A DNA stretch of 48,146 nt from Deltaproteobacteria bacterium (GCA_030606805.1 JAUWFS010000002.1:1-48146); one strand, 5' to 3'; numbered from the stretch's first letter, positions 9,636-18,016 are shown. Notes: generated from the letters alone by a model not told the origin. Translations and numbers: made by a program.

Positions 9636-10039
9636 GCTATCACCCCAGCCGACCATCGCACACGAACAGGAACATGCCACCGGTCATCGTCCGCTCTGCC
9701 CTGCCCAATTTCTGGGGTTGTATCAACCATCACTGAAACACTCCCGGAAATCATAGCCGTACCTCGTTTAAAAGCTGTTCTTATTAATTGTGCTCTTGCT
9801 TCTGCCGCCTGTGCGCCTTCAAGAAGTGGGTAAAAAAGTGATATTTGTGCAATTCCGACAGCACGATAAAACCCATCCCCAAGAGTAGGATTGGATGGTG
9901 TTGCCGGCATGATAAAAATACTTTGATATGGCGTCCCAGTAACAGGAGTAAAAGAAACGTTTTCATATGCCGTACTGATAACCGGAACAATCGTCGCCAG
10001 TTTTATTTCTATCGCTGCCCGAATCGCAATTATCGACAT
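9632..10039 (-). CDS. Tail terminator / tail completion protein (DUF4128-like)
   Basis: 135 aa. The pattern ..AYENVSFTPVTGTPYQ...GFYRAVGIAQISLFYP...W.VPVRVRW resembles the DUF4128 / gpU-like family from memory. It is positioned upstream of the major tail gene. Confidence 0.45.
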   Translation of the reverse strand: MSIIAIRAAIEIKLATIVPVISTAYENVSFTPVTGTPYQSIFIMPATPSNPTLGDGFYRAVGIAQISLFYPLLEGAQAAEARAQLIRTAFKRGTAMISGSVSVMVDTTPEIGQGRADDDRWHVPVRVRWSAGVIA

Positions 10040-10773
10040 GCCGCTGCCTTCACAAAACGCCTACGTGCCCTTGATATTTTTGCTTTTGTTTCATTTGATA
10101 ATCTTCGTCCTGTCCACAAGGCTGATAATTTCGCTTTATTTTCTTCAGATACCGTTGTTCCCCTATGTGACAAAGACATTCTCGCAATCGTCTCTGGAGT
10201 GTTTCGTCTCCCCGTATTCGCAGCAGCTACTTTAGCAACATGCTCTGGTGATTTTTTCTTTCCTTTGAGCGCGGCTGATATTTTAATTCCTTGCTCTGGG
10301 GACATTTTTGACCCTGTCTTTGCTACGGAAATCTTTGCCCGCGTTTCGGCAGAACATGGGTGACTTTTGCCCATCATTGAAGCCGATTTTTTCGCTCGTG
10401 TTTCGTCCGTAACTAATGGTCTTTTGTGCCATGTGGCTGATAGATGTGCAAGAGTTTCCTGCGTGTGTTTATATCCAATGGTTGATCCTGCCGCCGGAGC
10501 CTCGTTGTAAATTCCCCGATCTCGATAATAGTCCATCCAATACTGTTCCCGTTCAGTCATAATGGCCTGCGAACACTTTTCCAAAACTTCTACAATAAAA
10601 CCAGAAACCCCGTGTTTTGCAAAAGACCGCTGTAAATATTTGCAATGGTGCGTTCCTTTTAGTAGGCTATTCATGTGCTCTTTTATACGCCGACCAATAT
10701 TTGTAAATTGGCCAACATACCTTTTACTGTTAATTATATTGAGTATTGTATATATCCCGCACTGTTTGCTCAT
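10030..10773 (-). CDS. GIY-YIG homing endonuclease with NUMOD3 repeats
   Basis: Motifs are CGIYTILN..KRYVGQ..RRIKEH..YWMDYY, followed by 5-6 ETRAK(I/K)S-type NUMOD3 repeats. Its start overlaps the stop of the upstream gene as ATGA. Confidence 0.85.
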   Translation of the reverse strand: MSKQCGIYTILNIINSKRYVGQFTNIGRRIKEHMNSLLKGTHHCKYLQRSFAKHGVSGFIVEVLEKCSQAIMTEREQYWMDYYRDRGIYNEAPAAGSTIGYKHTQETLAHLSATWHKRPLVTDETRAKKSASMMGKSHPCSAETRAKISVAKTGSKMSPEQGIKISAALKGKKKSPEHVAKVAAANTGRRNTPETIARMSLSHRGTTVSEENKAKLSALWTGRRLSNETKAKISRARRRFVKAAACR

Positions 10774-11225
10774 TTCAACCCTGTTGTTGCCTTCGCAACC
10801 ATATCTTGAAACTCTATTTTTGTTAAGGCTACAAAACCATTAGGAGCCTGTCTTGAATGTCCATCCTCAAGAGCTTCTATATACGGCACTGAGTTTTGTA
10901 TATAATGAACTTTCCCGGCTGCCTTTATCGGGACGCTCGCCGCTATCCGACTTATTGATTTGCCACCTGAAGGGTCAATGCAATCAATATCCTGAATAAC
11001 CTGTGCACCTTCTGAATGAGCCCAATTCCCCCGTGCATGACCACCTACATATCCAGGAGGCGGTTTTGACTTCCAGTACTTTGCATCACCAACAGGAGTG
11101 CGTTCAACAAGACTTACCCCGATATCAAGACAAACCGTTCTGATTACTTTGTCTGCATTTGAGACAGCTTTCTGTGCAAATTTTTTGATGTCATCTGAAA
11201 AACTCATTAAACCCTCAAATTGCAA
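10770..11225 (-). CDS. HK97 gp10-like neck / tail-completion protein
   Basis: 151 aa. The segments ...VCLDIGVSLVERTPVGD...GGHARGNW... are typical of the HK97 gp10 family. Confidence 0.5.
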   Translation of the reverse strand: MQFEGLMSFSDDIKKFAQKAVSNADKVIRTVCLDIGVSLVERTPVGDAKYWKSKPPPGYVGGHARGNWAHSEGAQVIQDIDCIDPSGGKSISRIAASVPIKAAGKVHYIQNSVPYIEALEDGHSRQAPNGFVALTKIEFQDMVAKATTGLK

Positions 11226-11740
11226 TCATAGAGCACTGCCGTTCCTGCCGGTGAAACTGTCTTGAGTGGAGCCACAAGCGTATAAACTACCTCCGCTGCA
11301 TCAGTAGAAAATTTTCCTTTAGATGCCTGTTCAAGCCAGTCTAAGCCTATCATCATTACGTCCTTATCTGTTATTGTATCGCCTAAGACAGGGGCCGTTA
11401 ATGCCGCTCCTGCTGTGTTCAGTGGTGATAATAAAAGTCGTTTGTCACCTATCAATATCAAAGTTCCGTCGACTTGTCTTGAATCCCATTCCGTAATCGC
11501 CCCATTTCCGTATTGAAGTGAAAGAGTATTTACAATTCCCTCTCCTGGTACATATTCGCCGGGTATAACATGCTTAAGAATCACGGCTTGACCTTTGCCC
11601 ACAAGAAGCCGATTTGCTGTTTTCTGCATCCGGCCATAAAATCCAACGCCTACTTCCCCTGCTGCGGCTGGGGTCACTACCTGTTCAGTAGAAAATTTTC
11701 CTTTGGATGCCTGTTCGAGCCAGTCTAAACCTATTGCCAT
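11207..11740 (-). CDS. Head-tail adaptor / head closure-like protein containing an internal copy of its own 5' gene junction
   Basis: 177 aa. The call is by position among the connector genes. The sequence M(A/M)IGLDWLEQASKGKFST occurs at residue 1 and again at residue 129 (see findings). Confidence 0.35.
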   Translation of the reverse strand: MAIGLDWLEQASKGKFSTEQVVTPAAAGEVGVGFYGRMQKTANRLLVGKGQAVILKHVIPGEYVPGEGIVNTLSLQYGNGAITEWDSRQVDGTLILIGDKRLLLSPLNTAGAALTAPVLGDTITDKDVMMIGLDWLEQASKGKFSTDAAEVVYTLVAPLKTVSPAGTAVLYDCNLRV

Positions 11741-12975
11741 TACGTCCTCGTAAGTGTATCAACATTTCCGACTGTCGCTTTTGTAATCGTAAACAATAGC
11801 GTTTCACCGTCTGTATCATAAACCTTGAAGGTATTCGCTGCGCGGTCAATCACAACCTTTGCACCATTGAGCGATTGATTTATTTCATTTACAACGCTTG
11901 CTATCGCACCCGTGTCTGCTTGTTCAAGGGCATTCTCTGTCAGTCTTCGAATACCATCATCATCTTCTGTCATTTCCCAAAGATGATCTATTTTAGATCC
12001 ATCAACTTCTATTGCAGTCTTAACTGATGCCAATGCTGAATCTGTAAGACATGCTGTGCATGTTGTGCCATAAGGCATCATTACATATATAGATGTCGTG
12101 TCAGGAATTTCAACCCAGTCATCACCACAAATTGTCACAACTTTTGTAGTTCCGTTATACGAACTAACCAGCCGTGCTTGACCTCTGCCTTTTCCAGCTA
12201 TAATTGTAACGATATTACACAAATAAGCATCATTAACACTTGAAGCATATTCTCTTATCGTAATCGTTGTGCTGGTTCCACCTCGTGCTACTCCGTGATC
12301 AACTGTTAAGGGTGTGTCATCAGGAACTATCTGATATGTTGTTGTATTATCAGGAGTAACCCGCCAATCTCGATCTACTACTACTTTTTTAGTTGCACCG
12401 TCATAATCTACGACAGTTCTGGTTTGTCCCTTACCTGTATTGTCTGTAAGTACAATCAGATTTCTATTGTATACTCCATCTGTGCCATTCGCAATTGCCG
12501 CAAGCGTGATACTGTTTGAGGTTCCGGTCTGTGCAGTTCCCGACTCGATTGCAAATGCTCCAATTTCACGAATTCTTCTGCCTAATGATGTAGCAATGTT
12601 ATGACTTGAGCCTGTCAAAAGCGCATCGCAAACAGAATCCTCGGCATTTGCCAATACTGGTTTTAAATCAAAACTTCCAATAAAACCGGTCGGATTTTGT
12701 GAATCAATCGCAAGAGTGCAAAAAACTGCATAGGTATTATTTATGGCAAATCCATTAGCTGCCGTGGCTGCTATGGCCACTTCATAACATCCTGCCGGAT
12801 AATTTGCGTGGGTCAATAAAATCGGCGTAGGACTCAATACGGGAATTGCATCTACTGCCGCCCCTGCAAGCCGAACATCGACTAATGGAGTTGCACCATC
12901 GCCGCCTGATCCAGAAGTATCATTTGCGGCAAACCAGAAATACATAGTTGATTCTAAAGTTGCGTATTGTTTCAT
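11740..12975 (-). CDS. Hypothetical structural protein with an internal ~50-aa repeat
   Basis: 411 aa. The two repeats are LIVLTDNTGKGQTRTVVDYDGATKKVVVDRDWRVTPDNTTTYQIVP and IVTIIAGKGRGQARLVSSYNGTTKVVTICGDDWVEIPDTTSIYVMMP. It lies in the late module. Confidence 0.3.
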   Translation of the reverse strand: MKQYATLESTMYFWFAANDTSGSGGDGATPLVDVRLAGAAVDAIPVLSPTPILLTHANYPAGCYEVAIAATAANGFAINNTYAVFCTLAIDSQNPTGFIGSFDLKPVLANAEDSVCDALLTGSSHNIATSLGRRIREIGAFAIESGTAQTGTSNSITLAAIANGTDGVYNRNLIVLTDNTGKGQTRTVVDYDGATKKVVVDRDWRVTPDNTTTYQIVPDDTPLTVDHGVARGGTSTTITIREYASSVNDAYLCNIVTIIAGKGRGQARLVSSYNGTTKVVTICGDDWVEIPDTTSIYVMMPYGTTCTACLTDSALASVKTAIEVDGSKIDHLWEMTEDDDGIRRLTENALEQADTGAIASVVNEINQSLNGAKVVIDRAANTFKVYDTDGETLLFTITKATVGNVDTLTRT

Positions 12976-13214
12976 GGCATATCTCCAATTTTTGTAATAA
13001 TCTCTGGTGGTGTGTATTCCAAGCCCATTTTATTAATCCGATCAAGAACTTCTTGTTTTGTACTGCGCTCTTCAGCCTTATGGTTTGTTGACGTAACTAA
13101 TTTTTCGGTCCCTTCAATTAACGCTATAACCTTTGTGTTGTTATGAATTAAACCAAACCCTACGCCTGTTATATTTTTAGTCCCATATTTAGTTTTTCCA
13201 TCTATTGTTATCAT
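12972..13214 (-). CDS. Hypothetical protein
   Basis: The ORF track gives 12972..13244. The ATG at 13214 (MITIDGK...) overlaps the upstream stop as ATGA, so I prefer that start. Confidence 0.3.
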   Translation of the reverse strand: MITIDGKTKYGTKNITGVGFGLIHNNTKVIALIEGTEKLVTSTNHKAEERSTKQEVLDRINKMGLEYTPPEIITKIGDMP

Positions 13215-14305
13215 GCTGCCTGACCTCCATCGGTAATAGTCCAAGTATGGTCATCAATCAAAGCCTGTCTTGCCGTTGCTGCCGCTCCCGCTGAATACAT
13301 AGAATTTCCACCGTGGAAAACAACATTGTTGTTAACCGCCTGACCTTCCCAAGCTATTATTATGTTAGAATAATTTATCGTAGACAGGGTAACACCGAGA
13401 AACATGTCTGTCATAGTTGTTGCTGCCGTAATATCCCAATTGTTAGCTGCCAGTGTTGTTAAGGATGTACAGTCACGGAAAGCAGCGTGAAAAGTAGTAA
13501 CAGATGCCGTATTCCAAGCGCTTACGTCCAGCGTTGTTAAAGATGTACAGTCACGGAAAGCAGCGTAAAAAGTAGTAACAGATGCCGTATTCCAAGCGCT
13601 TACGTCCAGTGTTGTTAAGGATGAACAGTTACGGAAAGCAGCGTAAAAAGTAGTAACAGATGCCGTATTCCAAGCGCTTACGTCCAGCGTTGTTAAGGAT
13701 GAACAGTTACGGAAAGCATAGCTAAAATCAATAACAGATGCCGTATTCCAAGCGCTTACGTCCAGTGTTGTTAAGGATGAACAGCCATAGAAAGCAGCGT
13801 AAAAAGTAGTAACAGATGCCGTATTCCAAGCGCTTACGTCCAGTGTTGTTAAAGATGTACAGTTACGGAAAGCACTGTAAAAATCAGTAACAGATGAAAC
13901 ATCAAGAATATCCGTAGCTGACACTGTAAGGTTTGAACAGCCGTAAAAATAGCCACCACTGTTGCCTAAAAGCAACGCCCCCCAGGAACTAATATCATGT
14001 ATTAGTGTTTTATCTCCTGCATTATTAAATCGCCAACCGTTGATAGTGCCTGTTATTCTAACCGTATAAGTTCCAGCTCCGGCATAACTATGATTTGCAG
14101 CGGCGTCGTCGTAGGCTGTAATAATGTCTGAACCACCATCACCCCAACTAACATGAAAAATGTAAGTACCACTTGCTTCGAGAGGAAGTTGAAAAGTGTC
14201 TGCTCCCGCTGTTACTACGGTAAAAACAAAAGCATTTGCACCACCACTTATTATCTTTTCATTAAAAAGCGTTGCCCCTAAGTTGGTTGTTTTGAATAAA
14301 TGCAT
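13211..14305 (-). CDS. DUF285 / BspA-like 26-residue-repeat (LRR-type) protein
   Basis: 364 aa with at least 7 tandem copies of LTTLDVSAWNTASVTTFYAAFRNCSS. This is the classic 26-residue surface-protein repeat of DUF285 (F..C..L..LDvS.WnTs.Vt). Confidence 0.7.
   Translation of the reverse strand: MHLFKTTNLGATLFNEKIISGGANAFVFTVVTAGADTFQLPLEASGTYIFHVSWGDGGSDIITAYDDAAANHSYAGAGTYTVRITGTINGWRFNNAGDKTLIHDISSWGALLLGNSGGYFYGCSNLTVSATDILDVSSVTDFYSAFRNCTSLTTLDVSAWNTASVTTFYAAFYGCSSLTTLDVSAWNTASVIDFSYAFRNCSSLTTLDVSAWNTASVTTFYAAFRNCSSLTTLDVSAWNTASVTTFYAAFRDCTSLTTLDVSAWNTASVTTFHAAFRDCTSLTTLAANNWDITAATTMTDMFLGVTLSTINYSNIIIAWEGQAVNNNVVFHGGNSMYSAGAAATARQALIDDHTWTITDGGQAA
13451..13918 (-). repeat. Six near-identical 78-bp tandem repeats (coding, 26 aa each)
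   Basis: Units start at 13451, 13529, 13607, 13685, 13763 and 13841. Most units differ at only a few positions. Confidence 0.9.
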
Positions 14306-14339
14306 TGTTAATTCACTTTTTCTAACTTTCTCCTAATAT

Positions 14340-14852
14340 TTAAGTCCTTATAAGTGAGACTGAACACCCGCCCCCCGATTTCAAGAAGGGCCGAAGCATG
14401 AAATCGATTGACGGATATCGTTTCGCTTGAGGGGAGTTTTTATTATATTCAACTTCAATCACACCGACTTTTTCACGTACAACGCCCTGTGTAAGGTCTG
14501 CTTGCAAATCATCAGAAGCCGATTTCAAAGCAAGTTCCGCACAGGCACGTTTTACCTCTGTCGGGATTTCATCAATATCAACAGACCAACTATCACGCAC
14601 AACGCCGGAACGAGGCCAGTCAAGGGCTTGATCTTCGGTATATCTGACGCCCTCCCATCTGTCACGGTAAACGGCGGTCATGTAGTCTGTAGCTTTTCGC
14701 AAAGCGGCTTCTCTGTTCACCGTTGCTTCGCCAGTATCCAAGGCATCCCAAGTTGTGTTTTCTCTTGCCGTAAAATATATTGAGGCATCGACAACTGAGA
14801 TATATGTTTCGGCTGTGGAAATCCCTGTTCCGTCCTCGCAAATAATACTCAT
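14340..14852 (-). CDS. Head-tail connector protein (gp6-like / DnaT-like family)
   Basis: The track start at 14891 is a TTG. The ATG at 14852 (MSIICEDG..) has an AGGUGA Shine-Dalgarno. The pattern ..Y.......W........AL..AT.YM......W.G......QAL.WPR.G is typical of head-tail connector proteins. Confidence 0.4.
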   Translation of the reverse strand: MSIICEDGTGISTAETYISVVDASIYFTARENTTWDALDTGEATVNREAALRKATDYMTAVYRDRWEGVRYTEDQALDWPRSGVVRDSWSVDIDEIPTEVKRACAELALKSASDDLQADLTQGVVREKVGVIEVEYNKNSPQAKRYPSIDFMLRPFLKSGGGCSVSLIRT

Positions 14853-14959
14853 AAAATCACCTATGTTAATGCCGCCCGGAAACCCTCGCAAAACGGGAAG
14901 GGGCCGCTTCGGTTCCGCTGGGAGGTGGCAGCGTTTAAGAGCCCCCAGGCAGCAAGGGG

Positions 14960-15286
14960 TTATTTCTTTGGAAGTCCATCGAGTTTCAACAGTGCATCAA
15001 CAAGTTCTGCTTTTTTCATTCTCTCGCAGTCCGGTATCCCTGCTTTTTGAGCCATTGTAACTAATGCCTTGTTGGTCTCTGCTTTGAGCTGCATAGCCTT
15101 TCCGCTATCACCTCCCACGTCCAGCGGTTTGGCATCACCAATAGTATTTTTCTTGATTTCAGGGGATGCAGACCACCGCCCGGACGGATGACCGAGAGCC
15201 TCCCTTGCATCTACCCGATGGCATTTAAGCGGAACCCTGTCATTTTCCATATCATAAATCGTTACTATTCCCGTATCTGTTGCCAC
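14960..15286 (-). CDS. Small protein with a C-terminal Rho-N / HeH (SAP-like) motif
   Basis: 108 aa. The C-terminus ...MKKAELVDALLKLDGLPKK matches the Rho_N/HeH helix-extended-helix motif. Confidence 0.35.
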   Translation of the reverse strand: MATDTGIVTIYDMENDRVPLKCHRVDAREALGHPSGRWSASPEIKKNTIGDAKPLDVGGDSGKAMQLKAETNKALVTMAQKAGIPDCERMKKAELVDALLKLDGLPKK

Positions 15287-15304
15287 AATATCCCTCCTTA
15301 ATGT

Positions 15305-15793
15305 TTATTTACGTTTGATCGACAACCAGATTGTATCAGTAATTGTCTCACCGGTACCATTGACAAGTTCCTGGTACGCCCGAACATAACGATAAACTGT
15401 GCCATTAATGACATTACGAAAAGGCACAACATACCTGTCACCGGCTGCGCCCTGATCTCCTGATGCGGCTGTAGCATTAGTCAACAATTCGCCTGCGCCC
15501 AACTCAAGCGCCGCCAAATTGCGAACAAGCCCAGCAGTGGCAAACGCAGCCACATTGGAACCTTGCAAAAAGATCTCGTAAAGTACATCTGCCGCTGAAC
15601 ACAAGATTTCATCAACATCAACGATCATGTAGCCTTCAACGATACCATCGCCCAAATCAATTACCTTTGCTTCATTAAGAACCAAGCCAGCCTGGGAAGC
15701 CACAATCGCTGAAACATCGCCGTTGGCGTCAAGCGAATCCTCAAGCACTAAATCCACATCATACAGAAAATCGTCTTTTAAATATGTGGTCAT
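15305..15793 (-). CDS. Hypothetical protein downstream of the capsid gene (possible head decoration or accessory protein)
   Basis: 162 aa and acidic. The call is by position only. Confidence 0.2.
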   Translation of the reverse strand: MTTYLKDDFLYDVDLVLEDSLDANGDVSAIVASQAGLVLNEAKVIDLGDGIVEGYMIVDVDEILCSAADVLYEIFLQGSNVAAFATAGLVRNLAALELGAGELLTNATAASGDQGAAGDRYVVPFRNVINGTVYRYVRAYQELVNGTGETITDTIWLSIKRK

Positions 15794-15827
15794 AATAAAA
15801 TCTCCTTGTGATTATGAAAATTGTTAA

Positions 15828-15846
15828 GCCCGGCACATGACCGGGC
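15828..15846 (-). terminator. Hairpin after the major capsid gene
   Basis: The minus strand reads GCCCGG-UCAUGUG-CCGGGC followed by UUAACAAUUUUC, 6 nt after the capsid stop. Confidence 0.45.
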
Positions 15847-15851
15847 ATTGA

Positions 15852-16790
15852 TTATGCAGTAACTGCCAACGCTGTTGAAATATTCCAAATTCTTGTGGCC
15901 GCTCTTGGATGATATAGGGCCATACCTACAAGCCACTCAACCAGTGTCCGGTAAATTACACCTGAATCAGTCAAACCGAGATCTTTAACATCCATTGCGC
16001 CGTGCTGAATGCCTTCAACGTGACCATCAGAAAAGGAAACAACGTAAAGACTAGTAGCAGTCGCACCGGCATCTCCAGCAACTTCTGTCACGGGTATAAT
16101 ATCAGTATTCGTATTGTCTTTGCCAGCGTTAAGAATCGGAAGTCCAGCATACATTATTACCTGACGACCCCAATTATCGATAGTTTCCGTGATGTGAGCA
16201 CCGATTCCGGTGGTAGTAGACCTGGAAGCCTGTGTCATGAGTCTCCGAAGTTTCACATTCATAATTATATGGGTCGGATCTTCGGTCTGATCAATTGCTT
16301 CGTCCAGCGTGATAAGTGACAGGGCATCTTCTTCGCCACCATCCCCGGACATATCAATCAACTGATCATTGACAAGCCGTCTTTGCAATCCATCAAACTC
16401 TTTCGGATCTGCCTGAGAATCGCCCTTGATAATCATCCGAGCAATCTTCAGGGAAAGGGCTTTGATCTTCATAGCCTCATGTTTTGCCCGGACACCTGAG
16501 CCGAACATCTTAATCAATGCACTGTCAACATCCAGCGTACCACCTGCGATTTTCAGGGGGTCATGCATCGGATTGATAACACCTGCACTTGCGGTATATT
16601 CCTCATTGATTCCGCGAAAAGCCACGCCGGGAAGTGCTGCTTCCTGGTCATAATCAACCCCGCTGCCATTAACCGTTTCAAAAGTCATAGCGTTTAAAAG
16701 TGAGTTCGCTTTTGCGAAAAGTTCGATAATTGTTCCTCTTTTTGTGTTGAGTCCACTACTTTTTGCATATTCCAAAAGTGACATACCCAT
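15852..16790 (-). CDS. Major capsid protein
   Basis: 312 aa with a strong Shine-Dalgarno (AAAGGAGAAAUAUC-AUG). It lies downstream of the scaffold gene and a hairpin follows it. The N-terminal region (..DYDQEAALPGVAFRGINEEY..) resembles capsid families that pair with DUF4055 portals. Confidence 0.65.
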   Translation of the reverse strand: MGMSLLEYAKSSGLNTKRGTIIELFAKANSLLNAMTFETVNGSGVDYDQEAALPGVAFRGINEEYTASAGVINPMHDPLKIAGGTLDVDSALIKMFGSGVRAKHEAMKIKALSLKIARMIIKGDSQADPKEFDGLQRRLVNDQLIDMSGDGGEEDALSLITLDEAIDQTEDPTHIIMNVKLRRLMTQASRSTTTGIGAHITETIDNWGRQVIMYAGLPILNAGKDNTNTDIIPVTEVAGDAGATATSLYVVSFSDGHVEGIQHGAMDVKDLGLTDSGVIYRTLVEWLVGMALYHPRAATRIWNISTALAVTA

Positions 16791-16820
16791 GATATTTCTC
16801 CTTTACTCTTTATTTTCGAC

Positions 16821-16912
16821 AATAAAAAAGCCGAAACTCTAAAAGGTTATTTTGGCCCCTTAGACCTTCGGCTTTACCGATTAAACTATGTTATTCCCCT
16901 TTAGGGAATAAC
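16821..16912 (-). terminator. Two tandem hairpins between the HNH-AP2 gene and the capsid gene. The second is terminator-like.
   Basis: On the minus strand, the first hairpin is GUUAUUCCC-UAAAG-GGGAAUAAC (16912..16890). The second is a hairpin of about 20 bp, AAAGCCGAAGGUCUAAGGGG-CCAAAAUAA-CCUUUUAGAGUUUCGGCUUU (16875..16827), followed by UUUAUU. It ends about 35 nt before the capsid ATG. Confidence 0.5.
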
Positions 16913-16913
16913 G

Positions 16914-17390
16914 CTATTTTCTAAAATCTATTACTTCTTCACCAATAACATTGACCGCCTCGCGATATGCTTCAAAAGCCTCTTTTTCTGACGTGAAAGA
17001 TCCTAAATATTTTTGGATGCCTTTTATTACTATTTGTGCATACCAATGCTTGCGTCTATTTTCCCAGCACACTCCAGGATATTGCGAAGTTCTAATTTGA
17101 TTTTTTCTGTTTTGCTTATTTTGCCTTGAGGTAACAAATCTTAAATTATCCTTTTGATTGTTCAATCCATTACCATCAGCATGATCGGTTTGCAACTCTT
17201 TTAATTCACCCATAATGACACAATGCATATTAATTGTTTTTCTTTTTTTACCAGCAACATAAGCAGAATTTCTTCCAGCATAATATGTATTGCGTGACTT
17301 ACGTGCAAACCACTTAAATTGATTCAACTCCTCAAAGTCTTCATCATCGACCTGTGCGACTTTACCTTGCGTAAGCTGTATCTCTTTCAT
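16914..17390 (-). CDS. HNH homing endonuclease with a C-terminal AP2 DNA-binding domain
   Basis: The HNH_3 motif is LQTDHADGNGLNNQKDNLRFVTSRQNKQN. The AP2-like segment is SQYPGVCWENRRKHWYAQIVIKGIQKYLGSFTSEKEAFEAY. Its start overlaps the scaffold stop (TAATG). Confidence 0.8.
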   Translation of the reverse strand: MKEIQLTQGKVAQVDDEDFEELNQFKWFARKSRNTYYAGRNSAYVAGKKRKTINMHCVIMGELKELQTDHADGNGLNNQKDNLRFVTSRQNKQNRKNQIRTSQYPGVCWENRRKHWYAQIVIKGIQKYLGSFTSEKEAFEAYREAVNVIGEEVIDFRK

Positions 17391-18016
17391 TATTTCGCAG
17401 CCTCGGCTGTGTTTATTGCCTGAAGCCTTGCCTCTGGTGATAGTTTTGATAAATCTGTATCACCCGCTCCGCCGCCCGCACCGCCGCCCGCACCGCCGCC
17501 AACATTTCCAGGTGCATCAACAAAAGCTTTGCCTTCATCGCTTGCCGCCCATTCTTTGATGTAATCTGAAAGGGCTTTATCACCCACTTTGGCAATTCGT
17601 TTATCGCCATCAACTGTAAGTGCCACCTGGCCGGCCAACATTGCTTTCGCTGCTTTGAGATAGGACGCTTTCTTGACTCCGTTTGCAATAAGGGCGTCTG
17701 AAAGTCCGGTGTTAACAAGTAGGTCATGAGCAACTTTTGATTCACCTTCAAAAGCTTTTTTTGCATCGTCAGCAAGTTTGGTTGCTGCTTTCGCATCTTT
17801 CATTGCCGTTGCAAGTTTGGTTTCTGTGTCGTCAAGTTCAGCTTGCAATGCCGCATGATCGGCGGGATCTATCTGTGAATCTTTCTGAGCCTTCTTCAAT
17901 TTTCCGAGCAATTCAGTGTTTTTGGCCTGAAGACCAGTAACAGCCTCATCGACTGCCTCTTTAACCGCATTTGCTAACGCCGCTTTTGTTTCTTTATCAT
18001 TTGCATCAAACGCCAT
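17390..18016 (-). CDS. Scaffolding protein
   Basis: 208 aa, Ala/Lys/Asp/Glu-rich and coiled-coil-like, with a GGGAGGGAGGGAG tract. It lies between the MuF-like gene and the capsid gene. Confidence 0.55.
   Translation of the reverse strand: MAFDANDKETKAALANAVKEAVDEAVTGLQAKNTELLGKLKKAQKDSQIDPADHAALQAELDDTETKLATAMKDAKAATKLADDAKKAFEGESKVAHDLLVNTGLSDALIANGVKKASYLKAAKAMLAGQVALTVDGDKRIAKVGDKALSDYIKEWAASDEGKAFVDAPGNVGGGAGGGAGGGAGDTDLSKLSPEARLQAINTAEAAK

Noticed and set aside
9845-10363. A 172-aa plus-strand ORF.
   Set aside because: It is antisense to the GIY-YIG/NUMOD3 gene and the tail terminator gene. It is a repeat-mirror artefact.
17413-17796. A 127-aa minus-strand ORF in an alternative frame of the scaffold gene.
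   Set aside because: It lies fully inside the scaffold ORF and has no Shine-Dalgarno. Its composition is a frame-shifted image of an Ala/Lys-rich gene.
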